From the IMG/VR virus record IMGVR_UViG_3300027804_000148, positions 1-32,892 of that record: a stretch of DNA of 32,892 nucleotides, one strand, 5' to 3'. This document shows positions 1-8,223 of this stretch, in pieces (positions within the stretch are counted from its first letter, which is position 1; every line of letters starts with the position of its first letter). The stretch comes from a virus. Its lineage: Duplodnaviria; Caudoviricetes. Position numbers and translations under genes: made by a program. The notes under the pieces are model-generated. The model was not told where the DNA came from. It made no database searches and saw only the letters and a program-made list of their open reading frames with translations.

Positions 1-439
1 GGTCAAACAATAAAATGTTTGACTTTAGGTCAAATTTTTCTTTACGATCAATGCCGAGTTCACCCAACATATTAATCTGAAAAATTCCGTAGGAACTGTC
101 TCCAGTTTTCCTGTTACCATTGTAAGCCATAGGTCTTGAATTAGATTCTGACTTAGCAATAGCCCAAGCCTGTTTAAGGGCTTTTCCTTCAAAGCCAACA
201 GCTGATAGGAGTTCTTTTAGTTCTCCGTCTGTTAGCATCTCAGAAGGCTTGTATACAGTAGTGCTGTACTTCTCTAAGGTTTCTTTCTTAAGTTGTACTG
301 TTGATTTCACAGGTACTTCTACCTGCAATGCTTGAGATGCAGTTGGCCCAGGCTGGACAGTAAATAAAAATAATGTTATCATTCCTATATACGTCCAGTT
401 ATGAGCAACTTCGCTCAAACGTTGTTTGATATTCTCCAT
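1..439 (-). CDS. Lytic transglycosylase (SLT/lysozyme-like) with N-terminal signal or membrane anchor; partial, runs off window start
   Basis: Not in ORF track; manual translation MENIKQRLSEVAHNWTYIGMITLFLFTVQPG...AWAIAKSESNSRPMAYNGNRKTGDSSYGIFQINMLG. AIAxxES (catalytic Glu) and YGIFQIN are SLT motifs. AAGGAGG RBS 8 nt upstream of ATG 439 (alternative ATG 445). Confidence 0.85.
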   Translation of the reverse strand, partial: MENIKQRLSEVAHNWTYIGMITLFLFTVQPGPTASQALQVEVPVKSTVQLKKETLEKYSTTVYKPSEMLTDGELKELLSAVGFEGKALKQAWAIAKSESNSRPMAYNGNRKTGDSSYGIFQINMLGELGIDRKEKFDLKSNILLFD

Positions 440-472
440 TGGCATTTCCTCCTTTAGAGATAACGAACTATA

Positions 473-503
473 ATCATAACATTACTTGACAGTAGGTGTC
501 AAG
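473..503 (-). promoter_or_regulatory. Sigma70/SigA-type promoter for the SLT gene, overlapped by palindrome CTTGACA-N5-TGTCAAG
   Basis: Minus strand TTGACA (502-497), 18 nt spacer, TGT-TATGAT (-10 at 478-473); inverted repeat 485-503. Confidence 0.6.
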
Positions 504-523
504 CCAGTCAACCAGAAAAAATT

Positions 524-1534
524 ATGCATATATCATATTACACAATAAGAGCGGGGCTGAATCCAGCTGTGGGCTTCGGTTATGCTGGACAAAATATAAT
601 TAAATCTTTGCAGGAATTAGGACATAAAGTAGATTTTGCAAACCCTAAAGCTCAACTACAACTAAATTTTACACAACCTCATCATTATAAATTACATAAG
701 AATCAATATCAGATTGGTTATACACCATGGGAGTCTACTAAAATTCGTGAAGAGTGGCGGGATCGAATGAATAGTTGCAATGAAATATGGGCAACATCAG
801 ATTGGGTTGCAGATGTATATAAAACTAATGGGATCACTGCTCCAATTAAAGTTTATCCACATGGTATAGAGGATATATGGAAGCCATATAAAAGAGTAGT
901 TAAAGAAGGCAGGCCGCTAAAGTTTTTGCATGTTGGAGAACCATCTCCAAGAAAAGATGGACAATTAGTTACAGATACTTTTATAAAATTATTTGGAAAT
1001 AATCCAGAATATCAATTAACTTTAAAATGTCATGGATCTTCTACTGTTAGAATATATAATAAAAATAAAGAGTTAGTTTCTCCAGATACCGTATATAGTA
1101 ATATTAAAATTATTACAGAAGAATATCCAGTAGAGCAGTTAGTAGATCTTTATCATCAACACCATGTTCTTGTTTATCCTACTTGGGGAGAAGGTTTTGG
1201 TTTTATCCCGCTTCAAGGTTTAGCAACAGGTATGCCAGTTATATCGACTTATGACTGGGCACATTATAAAGATTATCTAGGACCCCTAAAGCTCAACTCG
1301 ACACTTACAAATGCAGAAATTGACGGTGTTCCAAAAGCAGTAGGAGATCCACATATAGGATCTTTCTATAAACCAGATAAATTACATTTAGAAGATCAAA
1401 TGGTTTTTGCTGCAATAAATTTTAAAGCAATATCTGGTTATTACTTTGCTCAGTCAACTAAAATACATGAAGAATATAATTGGATTAAGTTGACTAAGAA
1501 TGCATTTAGTCATTTGGAAGAAAGATTCTCATAA
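524..1534 (+). CDS. Glycosyltransferase, GT-B fold, family 4-like
   Basis: GYTPWES, FLHVGEPSPRK and VYPTWGEGFGFIPLQGLATGMPVI (EGFG nucleotide-sugar binding motif, EX7Q variant of EX7E). Confidence 0.88.
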   Translation: MHISYYTIRAGLNPAVGFGYAGQNIIKSLQELGHKVDFANPKAQLQLNFTQPHHYKLHKNQYQIGYTPWESTKIREEWRDRMNSCNEIWATSDWVADVYKTNGITAPIKVYPHGIEDIWKPYKRVVKEGRPLKFLHVGEPSPRKDGQLVTDTFIKLFGNNPEYQLTLKCHGSSTVRIYNKNKELVSPDTVYSNIKIITEEYPVEQLVDLYHQHHVLVYPTWGEGFGFIPLQGLATGMPVISTYDWAHYKDYLGPLKLNSTLTNAEIDGVPKAVGDPHIGSFYKPDKLHLEDQMVFAAINFKAISGYYFAQSTKIHEEYNWIKLTKNAFSHLEERFS

Positions 1535-1558
1535 CCCCTTCCCCTTTAGATTAAAGTT

Positions 1559-1567
1559 TGGTAGAAT
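1559..1567 (+). promoter_or_regulatory. Extended -10 promoter upstream of RNR
   Basis: TGG-TAGAAT in the intergenic region; same TGn-TAnnnT motif as other promoters in the window. Confidence 0.5.
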
Positions 1568-1624
1568 TGGATTTCAACTCAAAATTTAGATAAACCGCAA
1601 GGCGGAGAAAAGGTGTTATTAAAA

Positions 1625-3559
1625 ATGTCAAAGACTATTGCAAACCCATATGAAAATTTCATTGCGTTATCTCGTTACGCTAGATGGATTCCAGAGGAAG
1701 GCCGTCGTGAAACTTGGGGTGAAACAGTAGATAGATACTTTGACTTTATGTTAGTCCATCTAGAAAAGAATCATAACTACAAGCCATCTGATAAGTTGGT
1801 TAAAGAACTTAAGGATGCAGTCTTTAATAGAAATGTAATGCCATCAATGAGATCTGTTATGACTTCTGGCGCAGCATTGGAAAGAGATAATGTTGCAGGA
1901 TACAACTGCTCATTTGTGCCAGTAGATAACCCAAGATCATTTGATGAAACAATGTATATTCTTATGTGTGGAACAGGTGTAGGTTTCTCTGTTGAATATA
2001 AGTATGTTAATAAGCTTCCTTCCGTTCCAGACTCATTTGAAAAGTCAGATACAGTAATTGTTGTAGAAGATTCTAAGCAGGGCTGGGCAAAAGCATATCG
2101 TGAATTACTAGCACTACTTTGGACAGGACACATTCCAGCAATTGACGTAAGCAAGGTTCGCCCAGCTGGTGCACGTCTTAAGACAATGGGTGGTCGTTCA
2201 TCAGGGCCACAACCATTAATTAACCTATTTGATTTTACAATTGCAAAATTTAAGAATGCTGCAGGTCGTCAACTAAAGCCAATTGAGGCGCATGACATTA
2301 TGTGCAAGATTGGAGAGGTTGTAGTTGTTGGCGGAGTTCGTCGTTCAGCAATGATTTCGCTTTCTAATATTAATGATATTGAAATGGCTGCAGCAAAATC
2401 TGGTAACTGGTGGGAGAACAATCCACAACGTGCATTGTCAAATAACTCTGTTGCGTATTCACGCAAACCAGAGATGGAACAATTTATTGCAGAATGGAAG
2501 AACCTATATGACTCAAAGTCTGGAGAACGAGGTATATACAATGTGGCCGCAGCTCAAGCCCAAGCAGCCAAGTACGGAAGAAGAGATCCAGATATACACT
2601 ACGGAACTAACCCTTGCTCAGAAATTATTTTACGTCCTTACCAGTTTTGCAATCTTTCAGAAGTCGTACTACGTGAAAAAGATACAGTTGAAGATGTATC
2701 GAACAAAGTACGCCTTGCTACAATTCTTGGGACATGGCAAGCAACTCTAACAGATTTCAAGTATCTCCGTAAAATTTGGAAAGATAACACAGAAGAAGAG
2801 CGCTTACTCGGAGTTTCCCTAACAGGACAATTCGGACATAAGTTTTTCTCAGGAAAGCAAGGTCTTGATAAACTAGAGAAAACCTTAGAAGGACTTCGTG
2901 AATATGCAAGAACTATCAACTCAGAAGAGGCAGGGAAAATTGGAATTCCTGAGTCTGCAGCTATTACATGTGTAAAGCCTTCTGGAACAGTGTCTCAATT
3001 AGTCGGGGTATCTTCAGGAATGCATCCATGGCATTCACAATATTATATTCGTACAGTACGTGGCTCAAAAGGAGATCCAATCTCTACATTTTTAAAGGAA
3101 GTCGGAATTCCAGTAGAAGATGATGTAATGAAGCCAAACGATACATACGTATTTTCATTTCCTGTAAAAGCACCAGAAGGTGCAATTACAAGATCTGATC
3201 TTACTGCATTGGATCACTTAAATACTTGGTTAGTTTATCAACGTGCATGGTGTGAGCATAAGCCATCGATTACAGTTTCTGTAAAAGAAGAAGAGTGGAT
3301 GGAAGTAGGGGCTTGGGTATATAAGCATTTTGATGAAGTTTCAGGTATTTCATTCCTGCCTCATTCAGATCATACATATAAGCAAGCTCCGTATCAGGAA
3401 GTTTCTAAAGAAGAGTACGAAACTTTGCTTGCAAAAATGCCTAACGATATTCGCTGGGAAGATTTATCATTCTATGAAACAGAAGACGGTACATCTACAA
3501 ATGCTACGCTTGCGTGTACATCAGACGGAAATTGTGAGATTGTAGACATTTCCGCATAA
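1625..3559 (+). CDS. nrdJ: Adenosylcobalamin-dependent (class II) ribonucleotide reductase, RTPR-like
   Basis: SRYARW..RRETWGETV, MPSMR, YNCSF, GGVRRSA, TNPCSEI (N-x-C-x-E active site), TCVKPSGTVSQL, C-terminal CTSDGNC redox pair; no adjacent beta subunit. ATG 1625 preferred over GTG 1613. Confidence 0.9.
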   Translation: MSKTIANPYENFIALSRYARWIPEEGRRETWGETVDRYFDFMLVHLEKNHNYKPSDKLVKELKDAVFNRNVMPSMRSVMTSGAALERDNVAGYNCSFVPVDNPRSFDETMYILMCGTGVGFSVEYKYVNKLPSVPDSFEKSDTVIVVEDSKQGWAKAYRELLALLWTGHIPAIDVSKVRPAGARLKTMGGRSSGPQPLINLFDFTIAKFKNAAGRQLKPIEAHDIMCKIGEVVVVGGVRRSAMISLSNINDIEMAAAKSGNWWENNPQRALSNNSVAYSRKPEMEQFIAEWKNLYDSKSGERGIYNVAAAQAQAAKYGRRDPDIHYGTNPCSEIILRPYQFCNLSEVVLREKDTVEDVSNKVRLATILGTWQATLTDFKYLRKIWKDNTEEERLLGVSLTGQFGHKFFSGKQGLDKLEKTLEGLREYARTINSEEAGKIGIPESAAITCVKPSGTVSQLVGVSSGMHPWHSQYYIRTVRGSKGDPISTFLKEVGIPVEDDVMKPNDTYVFSFPVKAPEGAITRSDLTALDHLNTWLVYQRAWCEHKPSITVSVKEEEWMEVGAWVYKHFDEVSGISFLPHSDHTYKQAPYQEVSKEEYETLLAKMPNDIRWEDLSFYETEDGTSTNATLACTSDGNCEIVDISA

Positions 3560-3565
3560 TAGGTA

Positions 3566-3624
3566 TATAATAAGAATTGGGGTAATACCCAAAATTCCTG
3601 GGCACAATGCCCAGAAATAGGAGG
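3566..3624 (+). promoter_or_regulatory. TATAAT box, two tandem hairpins and AGGAGG RBS (structured 5' region)
   Basis: TATAAT 3566-3571; hairpin core TTGGG-GTAATA-CCCAA 3577-3592; CTGGGCA-CAA-TGCCCAG 3598-3614; AGGAGG 3619-3624. Confidence 0.55.
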
Positions 3625-3629
3625 ATCTA

Positions 3630-3854
3630 ATGAAACAAGATCTTAACAATGATGGAAAGGTAACTATGCAGGAGAAAATTCTCGCAGCATTGTCAAGCTA
3701 TGGTCGTCACTTTTTGGGTGCAACCATTGCTCTTTACATGACTGGAAACACTGACCCAGGAGACCTAATTAAGGGCGGACTCGCAGCAGTGCTACCCGTT
3801 ATTTTGAAGGCTCTTAATACAAATGAGCCATCTTTTGGCTTCACAAAGAAGTAA
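3630..3854 (+). CDS. Small membrane protein, putative holin, with N-terminal EF-hand-like loop
   Basis: 74 aa, two hydrophobic segments, C-terminal KK, strong RBS; DLNNDGKVTMQE fits the 12-residue EF-hand loop. Holin function is inferred. Confidence 0.5.
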   Translation: MKQDLNNDGKVTMQEKILAALSSYGRHFLGATIALYMTGNTDPGDLIKGGLAAVLPVILKALNTNEPSFGFTKK

Positions 3855-3868
3855 AAACTAAAATCAAT

Positions 3869-3910
3869 TAGGACGGCTCCTATGCTAAAATGAGCATAGG
3901 AGTTTTCCTA
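3869..3910 (+). terminator. 18-bp stem-loop (terminator-like) containing an extended -10 box
   Basis: TAGGACGGCTCCTATGCT-AAAATG-AGCATAGGAGTTTTCCTA; TGC-TAAAAT at 3883-3891. Confidence 0.6.
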
Positions 3911-3927
3911 TTTAGGAGATTTGGCAA

Positions 3928-4275
3928 ATGGCAGGACAGAAAAACTGGGAAGTAGATCAAAATACTACCTTTTCATTTATTTTAGAGTATAAGGATCCTA
4001 ACAACGACCCTATATCTCTTGTTGGTGCATCTGCAAAGATGCAGGTTCGTGATACAAAGGGTGGAAGCAAGTTAGCATTTACATTAACTTCACCAACTGG
4101 CGGAATTACAATTGATCCAGCACTTGGTAAATTAACTATTAAGATGACTCCGACTCAAACTAATAAATTGTTCTATCCAAAGTCTTCATATGACATAATG
4201 CTTGTAGATTCCAATAGCAATAAAATAAAGTTGCTTGAAGGATTTATTACATTAAGTAGATCGGTTACCATCTAA
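3928..4275 (+). CDS. Tail-fibre collar/adaptor beta-sandwich protein (T5 p132/LtfC or BppU-N-like)
   Basis: Pattern VDQNTTF..YKD...PISLVGASAKMQVR...LT...GITI...YDI.L...KLLEG.I.L...VT; first gene of the fibre cluster. Confidence 0.6.
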   Translation: MAGQKNWEVDQNTTFSFILEYKDPNNDPISLVGASAKMQVRDTKGGSKLAFTLTSPTGGITIDPALGKLTIKMTPTQTNKLFYPKSSYDIMLVDSNSNKIKLLEGFITLSRSVTI

Positions 4276-4733
4276 TGCCAATTGTAAATAATGATAGTAT
4301 TCCTAAAGTTGTAATTACAGAAACTGTTAACGATATTGTAATTTCTACTTCTGGCCCACAGGGTCCAAGAGGTAAAACAATATTAAATGGCAATGGCGTC
4401 CCAGCAGAAAACCTAGGGCTTGAAGGAGATTTCTATTATGACAAAAATACTACATATTTTTATGGGCCAAAGCCAAACGACCTTACTTGGGCTGGAGCTA
4501 CCTCATATCCACTAAGTACAAGCACTCTTACATATCCGTTCTCAATTAATCAGGTCACTGATCAAGGAACTTACTGGGCTCTTGAGATCACACATAATAT
4601 GGGGTATAACCCAAATGTTACGGTTAAAAACAGCGCAGGAGACATATTAGAAACTGGAATAGACTATAATAGTATTAACAAAATTACACTGACTATGGCT
4701 CAACCATTCGGTGGGACAGCGTACCTGTCTTAA
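4275..4733 (+). CDS. Virion structural protein with short collagen-like motif
   Basis: GPQGPRG, NGVP..LG.EGDFYYD, C-terminal ITHNMGYNPNVTV..GTAYLS domain; TAATG coupling to the upstream gene. Confidence 0.6.
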   Translation: MPIVNNDSIPKVVITETVNDIVISTSGPQGPRGKTILNGNGVPAENLGLEGDFYYDKNTTYFYGPKPNDLTWAGATSYPLSTSTLTYPFSINQVTDQGTYWALEITHNMGYNPNVTVKNSAGDILETGIDYNSINKITLTMAQPFGGTAYLS

Positions 4734-4746
4734 GGGAGAATAGAAA

Positions 4747-5970
4747 ATGGCAAGATTATTTGTAACTGATATCAATCTTAACAAGAATGAACTTCAGAAC
4801 GCCAGAATTCAGGGATTAAGCTCTGCACCGTCGGCACCTGTAGCTGGACAACTTTACTTTGATACATCAAATAAAACGATGTACTACTACAATGGACTTA
4901 CATCACCAAATGGTCCATGGATGCCAATGGGTGCATCTTCAGAGGTTATCCAAGATGTAATTGGTTCCTCAGTTCTTGGCGGAACAGCAATCACAACAAC
5001 ATATGATGATGCTGCTGGAACAACAACCGTAAAATTAAATGATACCGCAGTAACACCTGGCTCATATGGATCAGCAACTGCAATTCCTACATTTACAGTA
5101 GATGCTCAAGGTCGATTGACTGCGGCAGGAACAGTAAACGTAGCAACACAACTAGATTTAGGTGCAGATAATGCACATGGTGGATATAAACTAGATCTTC
5201 TAACAGACTCAGTTAAGTTTGTTGGTGGAGAAGGTATTGACACTACTTATACAACAGACGAAACTCTGCACACAATTACAATTTCTGGAGAAGATGCATC
5301 AACTACCAATAAGGGTATTGCATCTTTTGAGACAAATGACTTTACAGTAACAACTGGCCATGTAACAATTAAGAACGTTAATCTTGGCACACAAACTACT
5401 GGTAACTATGTAGCAACAATTGCTGGAACCACAAATGAAATTACAGTTTCTGGCTCAGGCTCAGAAAATGCTGCAATAACAATTGGTTTGCCAGACGATG
5501 TAACAATTGCTAATAACCTTAATGTTGGCGGAGACCTTAATGTTACTGGTGTAATCAATACAGTAAATTCAACACAAGTTAATATCTCAGACAATAAGGT
5601 AAACCTTAACTCTGATATGCCAGAAGAGAACTCGCCTTCTCTTGATGCTGGTATTGTTGTTCACCGTGGACTTGAGGCAGATGCCGAACTTCTATGGAGC
5701 GAAACAGCAGATAAGTGGCAGGTAGGACTTGTTGGAGGATCTTATCACGATATAGCTCGTAAATATGTAGCTACAATCGGTGACGGAGCAGCTTTAACAT
5801 ATGCAATCACACACAATCTTGGAACTCGTGAAGTTCAGGTTCAAGTTTATGATGCAGCAACATACGATACAGTAGAAACTGATGTAGTAAGAAATTCTAC
5901 AAGTCAGGTGACAATAGGATTTACAGCAGCACCTGCTTCTGGAGCATATAAAGTAGTTATCGTAGGATAA
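4747..5970 (+). CDS. Fibre-like virion structural protein
   Basis: Thr/Gly-rich; VTPGSYGS..IPTFTVDAQGRLT fibre motif, LNVGGDLNVTG beta-helix motif, C-terminal ITHNLGT domain; GGAG RBS. Confidence 0.7.
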   Translation: MARLFVTDINLNKNELQNARIQGLSSAPSAPVAGQLYFDTSNKTMYYYNGLTSPNGPWMPMGASSEVIQDVIGSSVLGGTAITTTYDDAAGTTTVKLNDTAVTPGSYGSATAIPTFTVDAQGRLTAAGTVNVATQLDLGADNAHGGYKLDLLTDSVKFVGGEGIDTTYTTDETLHTITISGEDASTTNKGIASFETNDFTVTTGHVTIKNVNLGTQTTGNYVATIAGTTNEITVSGSGSENAAITIGLPDDVTIANNLNVGGDLNVTGVINTVNSTQVNISDNKVNLNSDMPEENSPSLDAGIVVHRGLEADAELLWSETADKWQVGLVGGSYHDIARKYVATIGDGAALTYAITHNLGTREVQVQVYDAATYDTVETDVVRNSTSQVTIGFTAAPASGAYKVVIVG

Positions 5971-5982
5971 AGGGGGCAGTAA

Positions 5983-6237
5983 ATGTCTGTAAAAAGATTA
6001 GTCCCTTTACATGCAGTAGCTTTAGAAGATAATCCAGTATCAGCACGTATTGGTGATATTTATTACAATACAGTATCAGAAGAGCTAAGATATTTTGACG
6101 GCACCGACTGGAATCCAGTTGGAAGCGGAGCTATCACAGGACTTCTCGATCATATTCATACTTATGATGGAGCAATTTTTTCTGTTGAGTCTACTGAAGT
6201 TCCAGCTTCTGGAGTTATTGATGGCGGGACAGCCTAA
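5983..6237 (+). CDS. Small virion structural/connector protein
   Basis: P....GDIYYN....LRYFDGTDW motif shared with fibre proteins; ends IDGG; TAATG-coupled to the next gene. Confidence 0.55.
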   Translation: MSVKRLVPLHAVALEDNPVSARIGDIYYNTVSEELRYFDGTDWNPVGSGAITGLLDHIHTYDGAIFSVESTEVPASGVIDGGTA

Positions 6238-8222
6238 TGTCAGTTACAATAAGAGTAAAAAGAGGAACTGCTACGCAATGGGCAGCACGTACAACAGCGT
6301 TATTATCTGGTGAAATTGGCTACGACTTAACAAATAAAATAACTAAAATCGGAGATGGAACAACCCTATGGGCCAGTCTTCCTTCTATCGATTCTTCTGG
6401 TGGCAGTAATACTGGGGATGTTACATTCGATGGTGTACAGGTTATTGGTGCTGGAACAGCATCTGGAGATGGTTACGGACTAGGAACATTAGAGCTTGTG
6501 CCAGATGGGGATATTACTTCAGATCAATATTTAATTATTGATCCTACCGCACCAAATCACATTCATATTCGTGCAGGTGGAACACAAGATGCTTCTACTG
6601 CAGACCTATTTCTTGGTGGAGAAAGAAACAACGTTCGTATTTCTGATGGCGGAAGAAATGTATCTATTAGCACAAGGCCACAAACGGTTATTAATACTTA
6701 TACAAATCAAAATACAATAAGTAACACTTCTTTTGTAACAAGTAATACAGCAAATATTTATATAGGGGATACATTATTTTATGTAGGCGGAGATATAGTA
6801 ACTGTTGATTCAATTACACAGGACTCACCAAGTGCTGGTCTACAGACTATCACAGCAAACCTAAATGGATCACCAGCCTCATTTGTTGCAGGAGAACCGC
6901 ATATATTTAGCCATGAAGAAGAATTCGAAAATTATTGGCAGTTTGGAGCAGATGGTGTTCTGACTGGTCCAGCAATGGGCTCAGTTGTCGTAAGTGGACT
7001 TTACAATAATTCAGCTGCAGAAAGCGACCTCTGGTTAGGAAGCTCTGAAAAAATAGTTATCGCTGGATCCAGTGGAGAATTTTTAAACGATGCCTCTATT
7101 GCATCAAATCAAATTGCAACTATGGCAGATATTACCTCTGCAAATGAATATACAGACGATGCTGTAGCAGGACTTGGAAACTCTCTTCCAGAATCTTATG
7201 TTCCTATTTCAGATGTAGGCAGCATAGATGGCGTAGCCCCACTTGACTCTAATGCATTAATTCCAGATGAGTATATACCATCTACAATTGCAAGAGATTC
7301 AGAACTTTTTAGTGGGTCATATAATGATCTTTCAGATAAACCAAATATAGCATTAGGCGCAGTTCAATGGACGGCAAACCATACCCTTCTTCCAGGCGGA
7401 GAAAACACAAGATATCTAGTTGGAGATATCGTTTATGATAACGGCAATATATATGTTGCTAATTATGAAAATGAAAGTATACCAACATCAAGCACATTGT
7501 ACTGGACCTCTCTTGGATCAGGTAAAAGATTAAACATAGATGGAAGAGATATTCCAAATATTACATATAGTCAATTATCTGGAAAACCAACCATACCAGA
7601 TTTAACTGGTTATGCTACAGAGACATATGTTAGCACAGCAGTTTCTAACCTTGTAGACTCAGCTCCAGAAACATTAAATACTCTTAATGAGTTAGCGGCA
7701 GCAATTAATGATGATGCTTCATATGCATCTACTATTACAACAGCATTGGGAAATAAATTAGACTCTTCTGGATTTACCTATGATTCAATTACAATTCCAG
7801 TTTATAGCACTATAGCAGAACTACCTTCTGCCGCATCTAATCATGGCAGATGGGCTCATGTTCATGGAGAGGGTGCCATGTTCTTTGCTCATGGAGGCGT
7901 ATGGTATAGAGCATTGTCTGAAACAAATTTATATGTTAACACAAATGCTCAGTCTAGCTCATATACATTGGCTACAACTGATTTAGATAAATTGATTGAA
8001 ATGTCTGGCGGAGGAACTTTAACAATTACAGATTCTTCTTCATTTCCAGTTGGATTTTCATGTGATGTTTTACAAACTGGATCTTCTCAAGTAACTATAG
8101 CAGGTAGTGGATTTACTCCAAACGCTACCCCTGGATTAAAATTAAGAACACAATGGAGTTCTGCAACATTAATTAAACGAGCATTAAATTCATGGGTTGT
8201 ACTCGGCGATTTGAGCGCTTAA
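6237..8222 (+). CDS. Tail fibre 1 with Mtd_N-like N-terminal domain
   Basis: IRVKRGTATQW...L.GEIGYD....KIGDGTT.W..LP (major tropism determinant N-terminal-like); APETLNTLNELAAAI fibre repeat; C-terminal YTL...LRTQWSSATLIKR..WVVLGDL domain. Confidence 0.78.
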   Translation: MSVTIRVKRGTATQWAARTTALLSGEIGYDLTNKITKIGDGTTLWASLPSIDSSGGSNTGDVTFDGVQVIGAGTASGDGYGLGTLELVPDGDITSDQYLIIDPTAPNHIHIRAGGTQDASTADLFLGGERNNVRISDGGRNVSISTRPQTVINTYTNQNTISNTSFVTSNTANIYIGDTLFYVGGDIVTVDSITQDSPSAGLQTITANLNGSPASFVAGEPHIFSHEEEFENYWQFGADGVLTGPAMGSVVVSGLYNNSAAESDLWLGSSEKIVIAGSSGEFLNDASIASNQIATMADITSANEYTDDAVAGLGNSLPESYVPISDVGSIDGVAPLDSNALIPDEYIPSTIARDSELFSGSYNDLSDKPNIALGAVQWTANHTLLPGGENTRYLVGDIVYDNGNIYVANYENESIPTSSTLYWTSLGSGKRLNIDGRDIPNITYSQLSGKPTIPDLTGYATETYVSTAVSNLVDSAPETLNTLNELAAAINDDASYASTITTALGNKLDSSGFTYDSITIPVYSTIAELPSAASNHGRWAHVHGEGAMFFAHGGVWYRALSETNLYVNTNAQSSSYTLATTDLDKLIEMSGGGTLTITDSSSFPVGFSCDVLQTGSSQVTIAGSGFTPNATPGLKLRTQWSSATLIKRALNSWVVLGDLSA

Positions 8223-8223
8223 A

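Noticed and set aside
1595-1605. Hairpin CCGC-AAG-GCGG in the RNR leader as a cobalamin riboswitch
   Set aside because: Only a 4-bp stem in a ~55-nt leader; too short, and no B12-box.
1625-3559. Intein or intron in the RNR gene
   Set aside because: The ORF is continuous and of normal length, with no intein or homing-endonuclease motifs.
6237-6390. Diversity-generating retroelement suggested by the Mtd_N-like domain
   Set aside because: No reverse transcriptase in the window, and I saw no template/variable repeat pair differing only at adenines; Mtd_N is a common fibre anchor domain.
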